From assembly GCA_031277995.1 (NCBI GenBank), contig JAITLH010000108.1, positions 1 to 33,547 of the forward strand: DNA of 33,547 nucleotides, given 5' to 3'. The DNA comes from Deltaproteobacteria bacterium (GTDB lineage Bacteria > Desulfobacterota > Desulfarculia > Adiutricales > Adiutricaceae). The notes under the pieces are model-generated. The model did no database searches. It was given only the letters and a program-made list of their open reading frames with translations, and was not told the origin of the DNA. The first letter of the stretch is position 1, and each line of letters begins with the position of its first letter. Made by a program: the position numbers and the translations under genes. Below, piece after piece: positions 23,199 through 30,995 of the stretch.

Positions 23199-24824
23199 AT
23201 GGCTGACGATGTCGTAAAAAAGGCTCCCAAGAAGACCGCTTGCCGGTTAGTCATAATTGGCCTGGGGGGTTGTGGCTCCAACGCTATTAGTAACATGATC
23301 AAGCAGGGCATGACTGGGCCGACTTTGATTGCCGCCAATACCGACGTCGAGCACCTCGAAAGATGCTTGGCCCCGGTAAAGATCCAACTCGGTCCCGAGT
23401 TAACCGAGGGTTTGGGCGCCGGGGGCGATCCGAGCGTTGGGTGCCAAGCGACCGAGGAATCGATGCCCGAAATCATGGAAGAAATCGGCGACGCCCATTT
23501 GGTCTTTGTCACCGCCGGCTTGGGCGGCGGCACCGGGACCGGCGCGGCCCCGGCGGTCGTCAGGCACTTAAATAAGCAGAAAAAGCCGCCGCTCGTGGTT
23601 AGCGTGGTCGTTTTGCCCTTTAAGGAAGAGATTGGCCGGCCCGAAAAAGCCAAACCGGCTTACGAAGAGTTATTGGCCATCAGCAACTCCGTAATCACGG
23701 TTTCCAACGACCGGCTCTTTGAGACTTTTCCCGAAATCTCCATGCCGGAAGTCTCCCTTAGGGCCGACTTGGTTCTCTATAAGGCCGTTAGCTGCGTTAC
23801 CGATCTTATCTACAATCCCGGCGACATCCATTTGGATTTCGCCGACATCCGGACCGCCTTTAGGGCCAAGGGCTTGGCCATCATGGGCGTCGGGGAAGCC
23901 AACGGCCCGGATCGCTGCGTTGAGGCGGCGAAATCAGCCATCAATTGCCCGCTTATGGACAATAAGCCCATCACCGGGGCCAAGTACCTCTTGATTAACC
24001 TAACGGTCCCCAAGGATATCAAGGCTTCGGAGTTTCTGGGCGTAAACAAGTACCTCGTCGAGTTGGTTGGCCCGGGCGTTCAGGTTCTTACGGGCATCAC
24101 CTACGACGATTCGTTGGCCGAATCGGGCACGGTTAGGGTTACCGTCATCGCCACGGGCCTTCCGGTCGATGAGCCCCAAAAAGAAGAGCCCATGATCAAT
24201 CTCGACGATGACGAGGACGAGCCCATTACCCTTTTGATGGAGGTCGAGCCCAAAATTTCCCTACCCCCGGACCAGGCCCAGCGTCCGGCGCCCCAGGCCC
24301 AAAGCCAGTATCCGGACCAAGCCCAGGCCCAAGGCCAAGGCCAGTATCCGGGCCAAATCCAAGGCCAAGGCCAAGTTCGGGGCCCGGGCCAATACCCAAA
24401 CCAGCCCCGGCCCAGCCAATACCCCGGCCAGCCGCAAGGCCAATACCCCGGTCAGGCCCAGGACCAATACCCGCCCCAGGGCCCAAGCCAGTATCCCGGC
24501 CAGCCCCAGGGCCAATATCCAAACCAGGCCCACAATGGCGCCGAGGGACAGGTCCAGACCCCGGGACAAACGTCCATGCCCAAGGCCAGGCAAACGGTTA
24601 AGTTATCCAACGAGCCCTTGGACCGGGTTCCCACCTTGGTTGGCAACAATAAGTACGCCCAAAACGGCTTCGCCGTGGCTCCCTTAAACGTGGTCAAGAA
24701 AGCCAACGCCCAAAGGAATCCGTCGCCGACGGATCAACGGAACCTTTTGGGACAGTCCAAACGCGGTTTGGCCGAGGCCAGAAAAGACGACAAGGGCCCC
24801 TACATGCATGACAAGGCCAACTAA
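23199..24824 (+). CDS. ftsZ: Cell division GTPase FtsZ (intact GTP pocket, long P/Q/Y-repeat C-terminal linker)
   Basis: Motifs are RLVIIGLGGCGSNA, ANTD, KIQLG, GLGAGGDPSVG, the tubulin signature AGLGGGTGTGAAP, SNDRL, the T7 region GDIHLDFADIRTAF and RVTVIATG. AAGGAG at 23185..23190 lies 8 nt upstream of the ATG. The gene is the last of the dcw order. Confidence 0.9.
   Translation: MADDVVKKAPKKTACRLVIIGLGGCGSNAISNMIKQGMTGPTLIAANTDVEHLERCLAPVKIQLGPELTEGLGAGGDPSVGCQATEESMPEIMEEIGDAHLVFVTAGLGGGTGTGAAPAVVRHLNKQKKPPLVVSVVVLPFKEEIGRPEKAKPAYEELLAISNSVITVSNDRLFETFPEISMPEVSLRADLVLYKAVSCVTDLIYNPGDIHLDFADIRTAFRAKGLAIMGVGEANGPDRCVEAAKSAINCPLMDNKPITGAKYLLINLTVPKDIKASEFLGVNKYLVELVGPGVQVLTGITYDDSLAESGTVRVTVIATGLPVDEPQKEEPMINLDDDEDEPITLLMEVEPKISLPPDQAQRPAPQAQSQYPDQAQAQGQGQYPGQIQGQGQVRGPGQYPNQPRPSQYPGQPQGQYPGQAQDQYPPQGPSQYPGQPQGQYPNQAHNGAEGQVQTPGQTSMPKARQTVKLSNEPLDRVPTLVGNNKYAQNGFAVAPLNVVKKANAQRNPSPTDQRNLLGQSKRGLAEARKDDKGPYMHDKAN
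24265..24535 (+). repeat. Coding low-complexity repeat (QYPGQ[PA]QG-type units) forming the FtsZ C-terminal linker
   Basis: The protein reads ..QAQSQYPDQAQAQGQGQYPGQIQGQGQVRGPGQYPNQPRPSQYPGQPQGQYPGQAQDQYPPQGPSQYPGQPQGQYPNQ.. The DNA repeats cagtatccgg / caataccccgg. Confidence 0.85.
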
Positions 24825-24827
24825 AAC

Positions 24828-26642
24828 TTGCCCGACAAAGCGGCCTTATTTTCGGCGGATCGTCAGGGCCCAAAGGGTAAGCGAGTAAGCGCGCGAAGGG
24901 GGATTTCCCGGGGAAAACCCGAACCCCCTTACAAATTAACGGCAAACGAGATCGGGGCGGTAAAACGCGATAGGGGCGGCCGGTTGTCGGTGGCCTTGGT
25001 TTGGCCAGGCGATTACCACACGGGCATGTCGTCGCTTGGTTATTTATGGGTCTACCGCTTTTTGGCCCAAAGCCGGACGGCCCTGGGGGAGAGGTTTTTC
25101 GCCCTGGGCCAGGCTCCCGACGAAAGGCCGATGTCTTTGGAAAGCCGGCGGCGCCTTTCGGATTTTGACCTCATCGCCGCCTCGATGGTCTTGGAAAACG
25201 ACTATTGGCTTTTGCCGGATATATTAAGGCGTTCCGGCCTGGCCCCTTACCGCGAAGACAGAAACCGCGACGGCCCCATGATCGTCTGCGGCGGGGTGGG
25301 CGTTTGGAGTAACCCTTGGCCGCTTTTGCCTTTCGTTGACTTGGTTTTGCTGGGGGAAGGGGAAAACCAATGGCCGATAATCGTCGAGACCTATAACCAA
25401 AAAGATTTCCTGGCTCTGGATTATTTTGAAAGATTGCGCCATCTCGTAACCGTCGTGCCCGGGGCCTTGGCTCCGGGTTTGTGTCATTTTGGGGCCGAAA
25501 TTGAGGGCTTTGGTTTTGGCCCAAACGATTGTTTAAGCCCGGACGGACATTTGTCCAAGGTTCGAAGTTCGCTTTTAAAATGGCCCTTTGACGATCGCCT
25601 AACCCCACCGTCATCGCCCATATTGACGCCGCTGACGGAATTTCCCATGACCACCTTGGTGGAGATTAGTCGCGGCTGCCCTTGGGGTTGCCGTTTCTGT
25701 TTGGCCGGTTACCTATACCGTCCCCACCGGCCTTGGTCGTTTGAGTCAATCATCAAAGCCGCCTATTCGATGGTCGAAACTTCCGGCCGCGTGGGCTTGG
25801 TCAGCCCGGCCGTGGCCGATCACCCGGAGCTGGGAAAAATCCTTGAGGCCCTAATCGAAAACGGCACCTCGGTTGGGGTTTCCTCCATGCGCCTTTCCTC
25901 GCTCACGGAAAATTTGGCCAAGTATCTCTCCCGGGCCGGGTTAAACGCCTTGGCCGTCGCCCCCGAGGCCGGGAGCCAAAGGCTTCGAAACGTCATAAAC
26001 AAAAATTTAAATGAGTCCGAGGTCCTTTCCTCGGCCAGGTTATTGGCCGGCCACGGCCTTAAGCGCCTAAAACTCTATTTCATGATAGGCCTCCCCGACG
26101 AAAACGAGGACGACTTAAGGGATCTGGCCCAGCTGGTAAGTTTGGTAAAAAAAGAAACCCGCGTCGGCCGGGGCGGCCCCAAGATATCCGTCTCCGTTTC
26201 CAACTTTACCCCCAAGCCCCAAACGCCTTTCGAGGACCGGCCCCTTTTGACCGAACGGGAAATGAGAGAGCGGGGCAAAAAAGTAACCGATTATTTGGCC
26301 AAGATCGGCGATCTGGAATTACGGATCGATCCCCCCAAAGGGGCCATTTTGCAAGGGCTTTTGTCCCGGGGCGGCCCAAACTCGCACCTTTTGGTGAAAG
26401 CCCAGATGGATTCCCGAGGCCAGCTCGGCGCCGCCCTTAGGGCCATAGGCTACGGCCCGGATCACCCCATCCACCGGCCCTTTGGCGCCCAAAAACCCTG
26501 GCGCCTAATAAGCCCCAACGTGGGTTACGATTATTTGGCCTCCGAAGCCCTTTTGGCCCAAAGCGAAACTCCCTCCGCCCCTTGCCCCCCCTCCCTGGGG
26601 TGCGGCCGCTGCCTGGCTTGCGAGGGCGCCTTGAAACGCTAA
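24828..26642 (+). CDS. Radical SAM protein with an N-terminal B12-binding-like domain (uncharacterised family)
   Basis: It has the CX3CX2C cluster motif in EISRGCPWGCRFCLAGYLYRP. The N-terminus (SVALVWPGDYHTGMSSLGYLWVY..) is typical of the rSAM family of about 600 aa that I believe is TIGR03960-like. The ORF opens at TTG 24828, 3 nt after the ftsZ TAA. It has no SD, and the next Met is residue 67. Confidence 0.8.
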   Translation: MPDKAALFSADRQGPKGKRVSARRGISRGKPEPPYKLTANEIGAVKRDRGGRLSVALVWPGDYHTGMSSLGYLWVYRFLAQSRTALGERFFALGQAPDERPMSLESRRRLSDFDLIAASMVLENDYWLLPDILRRSGLAPYREDRNRDGPMIVCGGVGVWSNPWPLLPFVDLVLLGEGENQWPIIVETYNQKDFLALDYFERLRHLVTVVPGALAPGLCHFGAEIEGFGFGPNDCLSPDGHLSKVRSSLLKWPFDDRLTPPSSPILTPLTEFPMTTLVEISRGCPWGCRFCLAGYLYRPHRPWSFESIIKAAYSMVETSGRVGLVSPAVADHPELGKILEALIENGTSVGVSSMRLSSLTENLAKYLSRAGLNALAVAPEAGSQRLRNVINKNLNESEVLSSARLLAGHGLKRLKLYFMIGLPDENEDDLRDLAQLVSLVKKETRVGRGGPKISVSVSNFTPKPQTPFEDRPLLTEREMRERGKKVTDYLAKIGDLELRIDPPKGAILQGLLSRGGPNSHLLVKAQMDSRGQLGAALRAIGYGPDHPIHRPFGAQKPWRLISPNVGYDYLASEALLAQSETPSAPCPPSLGCGRCLACEGALKR

Positions 26643-26710
26643 AACAGGCCCATCGCCCAGCCATGGGCCGTTTCCCCAGGGCTTTTTGGCGCTTCGATTT
26701 TCGTCGCTTC

Positions 26711-27040
26711 GATTACCCATGTTTATGGGTAAAAAAAATTTATTCGTCAGCCCTTTACCCCAATCCGTGGGTAAAATATTTTTTTTCGAGACGTCGATTA
26801 CCCATGTTTATGGGTAAAAAAATTTTTTTTCGTCAGCCCTTTACCCCGGGCCGTGGGTAAAATAAATTTTTTCGAGACATTGATTACCCATGGTTATAGG
26901 TAAAAAAAATTTTTTCGTCAGCCTTTTACCCCAAGCCGTGGGTAAAATTATTTTTTTCGAGACGTCGATTACCCATGTTTATGGGTAAAGTCAGCCTTTG
27001 GTTACTTAGATTACTCTGGTTTATGGGTAAAAATATTTTT
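26711..27040. repeat. Tandem array of units of about 85 bp (3 full copies plus 1 partial), each carrying two TTACCC..GGGTAA hairpins followed by A/T runs
   Basis: gattacccatg restarts at 26711, 26796, 26882 and 26967. Each unit is ttacccat-gttt-atgggtaa + A8T3, then tttaccc-N8-gggtaaa + T-run + cgagacgt. A degenerate last hairpin lies at 27011..27030. Confidence 0.9.
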
Positions 27041-27071
27041 GTTTAATCACTCAAACGTTTAGCGAGATAAG

Positions 27072-28085
27072 ATGCCTTTATTTGTTAAGTGGAAAGAAGA
27101 GATTCGTTTCAAAGCCGGTTTACGCATGATTATTGGCTGGGAGGGAAACGGTTTAAAGGAGCCCATGGCCCTGGTCGAGGAATTTACGCCGGCCGGCCTG
27201 ATATTTTTTAGGAGAAACTATCCCCCGGGCGGCGGAAACGAGCTAAGGGATCAGTTGGCGGCCCTTCAAAAACGCTCCCTGGAGCTAACCGGGCGGCCCC
27301 TAATCATGGCCTTGGATAACGAGGGCGGGCTGGTCAAAAGGCTGCCCCCACCGCACATCCAATTGCCCGGGGCCAACGAGCAAGCCGAGCGCGGGGTGAC
27401 CTTTACCCGGTCCATGGCCTTGTCGTCGGGCAAGGAACTTAAGGAACTGGGTTTTAACCTTAATTTGGCCCCGGTTTTGGATTTAATCGTACCCGACGGC
27501 ATAATGACTAAACGCGGTTACGGCGAGGATCCCGAAAAGGTCATCCAATTGACCCAGGGTTTTGTGACCGGATTTAGGGAGGCCGGGGTTTTTTGCTGCG
27601 GTAAGCATTTTCCCGGGCTGGGCGCGGCCATGGAAGATCCCCACGAGGTCGTGTCCGCGGTTCATTTGACCGAGGCCCAAATGGAAGATCATCTAAAACC
27701 CTTTATCGCCTTAATCGAAAAGGGCCTGGCCGCCATCATGACCAGTCACTGCCTCTACCCGGGCCTGGGGATTAAGGAGATATCGACTTTTTCTCCGGCG
27801 ATTATCAATTTGCTTAGATATAAGCTGAATTTTGACGGCCTGGTCTTATCCGACGATCTGGAAATGGGGGCGGTAGCCAACAAACTAAAAATCGGCCAGG
27901 CCGCCCTGGAGGCCTTGATCGCCGGCCACGACGCGGTCTTGATTTGCCGAAAACGGCCCCTAATCGAGGAGACCCACCGGATCCTGGTCGAATCCATGGT
28001 GGTGGGGGAATTGAAAGGCGAGCGCTTTGGGGCCAGCGTCACTAGGCTGGAAACCTTTTTGGAAGGCTTAAAAAGCGATTTTTAA
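27072..28085 (+). CDS. nagZ: Beta-N-acetylhexosaminidase (GH3 N-terminal domain only), NagZ-like
   Basis: Motifs are LIMALDNEGGLVKRL, NLAPVLDL, RGYGEDP, GKHFPGLGAAMEDPH and LVLSDDLEMGA. The 337-aa single-domain size is typical of NagZ. Confidence 0.8.
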   Translation: MPLFVKWKEEIRFKAGLRMIIGWEGNGLKEPMALVEEFTPAGLIFFRRNYPPGGGNELRDQLAALQKRSLELTGRPLIMALDNEGGLVKRLPPPHIQLPGANEQAERGVTFTRSMALSSGKELKELGFNLNLAPVLDLIVPDGIMTKRGYGEDPEKVIQLTQGFVTGFREAGVFCCGKHFPGLGAAMEDPHEVVSAVHLTEAQMEDHLKPFIALIEKGLAAIMTSHCLYPGLGIKEISTFSPAIINLLRYKLNFDGLVLSDDLEMGAVANKLKIGQAALEALIAGHDAVLICRKRPLIEETHRILVESMVVGELKGERFGASVTRLETFLEGLKSDF

Positions 28086-28197
28086 GCCAAAGCGTTTTTA
28101 CTTATAAGCTTAAAAGTGTCTAAGCGTTAAAATTCACGGGAATAATTACCCAATCGCGAACTTTTTTATCCAGGCCCAATGGGGAAAGGTGACTGAC

Positions 28198-28641
28198 GTG
28201 AGCGTAAAACATACGTATTTACTTGAGCCGGGTCTTTGGACCGTGGAGGGCACCTACATCGACAAGGAAGAAAGGCGCCATCGGCAAACCGGCCAGCTGG
28301 TGATCGTCCATAGCCCAACCATTTGGACCATCGAAAGTCGCCTAAACATTTCCGGCGAGGATCAAAGGGATTTCGATACCCGCTATGACATTACCCCCAT
28401 GGAAGAGGGCCGGAGTTACGTCGAGTGGAAGTCCATCACCAGCGGCCCCGAAGACATTTTTGGCTTGTTTGTCATTGTCGAGGACACCATCATGATGCCC
28501 TGGGAATCCGAATCGGGGATCTACTGGGGCCAAGAAATCGTGGCCAGGTTAACGGATCGGGAGTATTTGAGCCGAGGCTACGCCTTCATTAAGCGGGAAA
28601 AGGTCTCGGCTTGGGCCGTGAAAATGACCCGTGACGACTAA
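28198..28641 (+). CDS. Hypothetical protein (about 147 aa, soluble, probably beta-rich)
   Basis: It is a clean ORF with codon usage like its neighbours, and I recognise no family. The ORF opens at GTG 28189. The in-frame GTG 28198 has AAAGG 8 nt upstream. Confidence 0.55.
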   Translation: MSVKHTYLLEPGLWTVEGTYIDKEERRHRQTGQLVIVHSPTIWTIESRLNISGEDQRDFDTRYDITPMEEGRSYVEWKSITSGPEDIFGLFVIVEDTIMMPWESESGIYWGQEIVARLTDREYLSRGYAFIKREKVSAWAVKMTRDD

Positions 28642-28798
28642 AGTTTGGTCACGGCCCAGGCCGAGACAATCGCCAGCGATTGCTTAACCAACTTCCCGGC
28701 CCAGCCCAAATAACGGCCAACGGCGCCTTAGGTTTGGTTTTTAACCTTGGCCCAGGCTTACTTGAAGAGAGCTTCAAGCAAGCCGGGGCGATTTAAGG

Positions 28799-28804
28799 TA
28801 TAAT
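28799..28804 (+). promoter_or_regulatory. Possible -10 element (perfect TATAAT) upstream of cdsA
   Basis: TATAAT lies 44 nt upstream of the cdsA GTG. The only -35 candidate is poor (TTCAAG, 20-nt spacing). A 7-bp hairpin, cttgaag-agag-cttcaag, overlaps it (28761..28778). Confidence 0.3.
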
Positions 28805-28847
28805 GGATCTCGCCTGTGATGGGAGTTTTGTTTACTGGAGGTAACTT

Positions 28848-29684
28848 GTGAGCGTGACCGATCGACTTAACTCAGGGGACTTGAGCCGTTGGGTGGTGGC
28901 CCTGATCCTGATTCCGCCGACGGTTTTTTGCGTTTTTTACCCCAATAAACTATACCTATTGATTTTTGTCGGGATCGTGGGCTCGTTTGCCTGGGGCGAG
29001 TTTTTCATAAACCTACTGGGCAAGGAGAGGCTGGGTCTCTTCGTTTTGACCCTCGTGGGTTTTTTGGCCACCGTGGTTGGGGCCACTTTTTTTGGGCCGG
29101 ACGGGCAGTCCCTGGGCTTGTATCTGAGCTTGATTTTTGGGGCGGCCTATTTTCTTTACGCCTTAAGTCCCCAGCAGGACCGCGTCTCGGTAAACGTGGT
29201 TAGCCGCTACGCCTTGGGCCATCTGTATTTGACTTTCTGCCTTTCCTTCATCATGCTGATTAAGCAGTTTGAAAACGGCGCCCAGTGGCTTCTTTTCGTA
29301 ATCTTGGTGACCGCCCTAAACGACACCGGGGCCTATTATTTTGGCTCAAAACTTAAGGGGCCAAAGCTCGCCCCAATCGTCAGCCCCAACAAAACCATCT
29401 CCGGTTTATTGGGCGGCTGCTTGGTCGGGGCCCTGGTCGGGGGTTTGTCCAAGTATTATATCCACGCCAATAACGGTTGGCGGGAACTGGCCGCCCTGGG
29501 GCTTTTTTTGGCCCTATGGGGGACCTTTGGGGACCTTTTTGAGTCGGGTTTTAAAAGGGCCATGGGCATCAAAGACACCTCAAACCTTCTGGCCAGCCAC
29601 GGCGGTTTTTGGGATCGCCTGGACTCGATTCTGTTTAACCTGCCCCCGGTTTATTTCTACGTATTTTGGACCACCCAGCCCTGA
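28848..29684 (+). CDS. cdsA: Phosphatidate cytidylyltransferase CdsA
   Basis: It is a polytopic membrane protein with NDTGAYYFGSKLKGPKLAPIVSPNKTISG and SHGGFWDRLDS. GGAGG lies 8 nt upstream of GTG 28848. Confidence 0.9.
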   Translation: MSVTDRLNSGDLSRWVVALILIPPTVFCVFYPNKLYLLIFVGIVGSFAWGEFFINLLGKERLGLFVLTLVGFLATVVGATFFGPDGQSLGLYLSLIFGAAYFLYALSPQQDRVSVNVVSRYALGHLYLTFCLSFIMLIKQFENGAQWLLFVILVTALNDTGAYYFGSKLKGPKLAPIVSPNKTISGLLGGCLVGALVGGLSKYYIHANNGWRELAALGLFLALWGTFGDLFESGFKRAMGIKDTSNLLASHGGFWDRLDSILFNLPPVYFYVFWTTQP

Positions 29685-29783
29685 CCGGTTTTAAAAAATG
29701 GCCGTAAGGGAAAGTTTACGGCCATTTTCGATTCTCGCCAAACCCCGTTCTCTCCCAATACTTTACGTACTTGGCCTATCTCC

Positions 29784-30968
29784 ATGACTAACCCAATAAA
29801 AATTTCCATATTAGGCTCGACCGGTTCCATTGGCCGGGCCGCCTTGGATTTGGCCCGGGCCTTACCCGATAAGATTGGGGTCGCGGGCTTGGCCGCCAAA
29901 AGCGGCGTCGAGGTTTTGGCCCAGCAAATAAGGGAGTTTAAGCCCGCCGTCGTCTCGGTCGGGGACGAGGTCGCCAGAAAAAAACTTCTCGGCTTACTGG
30001 GCTCGGCCAAAACCCCGGAAATCTTGGTGGGCGGGGCGGGCCTTAACCTCGTGGCCAGCGAGTCGGGGGCCGAGGCGGTTCTTTCGGCCGTGGTGGGGGC
30101 GGCGGGCCTAAGGCCCACGCATGCCGCCCTGGTTAAGGGCCTTAAGGTTTGCTTGGCCAATAAGGAAAGTTTGGTTTTGGGCGGGGAAATTTTAATGAAG
30201 ATCGCCGGGGATCGCCTGGCCCCGGTTGACAGCGAGCACTCGGCCATCTTCCAGGCCCTGGGAGGCCGTCTGGGCTCGCCGGATCTCGATCGCCTGATCT
30301 TGACGGCCTCGGGCGGACCCTTCCGGGGCTGGAATCTAAACGACCTTAAAACCGTCACCCCCGAAAAAGCCCTAAAACATCCCACCTGGTCCATGGGCCC
30401 CAAGGTCACCTGCGACAGCGCCACCATGATGAACAAAGGCCTTGAGGTAATTGAGGCCCACCATCTTTTTAACCTTGGTTACGACCGGATCGAAGTCTTG
30501 GTCCATCCCCTAAGCTACGTTCATTCCTTCGCCGGTTTTAAGGACGCTTCCATTTTGGCCCAGATGGGCCCGACGGACATGAAACTGGCCATTTCCTACG
30601 CCTTAAGCTACCCCGAGAGATGGCATCTAAAAGACATCGCCTTAAATAACGGCGCTTTCGAGAGATTTTTAAACCAAGCCGTTCCCCCCAACCTGGCTTT
30701 CGAAGAGGTCGATCGAAAGGTTTTTAAGCCCCTGGCCCTGGCCGAAATGGCCGGAAGGATCGGCGGCACGGCCCCGGCCACCCTAAACGCCGCGAACGAA
30801 GTGGCCGTCGAAGCTTTCTTGGCCGGGCGGTTGTCCTTTACCGGCATAGCCGATCTCTTGGAAAAAACCCTGGAGGCCCTCCCGGCCCAAAAAATCGGCG
30901 ACCTGGAAGAGGCCCTGGCCGCGGATAACCTGGCCCGGGCCAAGGCCGCCTCGTTTCTCCCCAAATAA
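29784..30968 (+). CDS. dxr: 1-deoxy-D-xylulose 5-phosphate reductoisomerase Dxr
   Basis: Motifs are ISILGSTGSIGRAALD, LANKESLV, PVDSEHSAIFQ, LTASGGPFR and MNKGLEVIEAHHLF. The cdsA-dxr order is a common arrangement. Confidence 0.95.
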   Translation: MTNPIKISILGSTGSIGRAALDLARALPDKIGVAGLAAKSGVEVLAQQIREFKPAVVSVGDEVARKKLLGLLGSAKTPEILVGGAGLNLVASESGAEAVLSAVVGAAGLRPTHAALVKGLKVCLANKESLVLGGEILMKIAGDRLAPVDSEHSAIFQALGGRLGSPDLDRLILTASGGPFRGWNLNDLKTVTPEKALKHPTWSMGPKVTCDSATMMNKGLEVIEAHHLFNLGYDRIEVLVHPLSYVHSFAGFKDASILAQMGPTDMKLAISYALSYPERWHLKDIALNNGAFERFLNQAVPPNLAFEEVDRKVFKPLALAEMAGRIGGTAPATLNAANEVAVEAFLAGRLSFTGIADLLEKTLEALPAQKIGDLEEALAADNLARAKAASFLPK

Positions 30969-30993
30969 AAAAGGGCCTCGCGGCCCTTTTTTT
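30967..30993. terminator. Bidirectional intrinsic terminator between the convergent dxr and ABC-F genes
   Basis: aaaaaagggcc-tcgc-ggccctttttt has a GC core stem with A-run and T-run flanks. It sits exactly between the dxr TAA (30966..30968) and the ABC-F stop (30996..30998, - strand). Confidence 0.8.
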
Positions 30994-30995
30994 AT

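Noticed and set aside
24226-24706. Strand ORFs rich in G, L and P (24226..24522, 24261..24593, 24452..24706)
   Set aside because: They are antisense or off-frame readings of the P/Q/Y repeat linker of ftsZ.
26711-27040. Could the regularly spaced hairpin repeats be a CRISPR array?
   Set aside because: The whole unit of about 85 bp repeats, including the sequence between hairpins. There are no unique spacers, and no cas genes are nearby. This is a plain tandem repeat.
29657-30436. 259-aa ORF on the - strand
   Set aside because: It lies entirely antisense to the well-supported dxr gene and the cdsA end. Its translation is low-complexity and rich in R, P, A and S, with no motifs. It is a shadow ORF.
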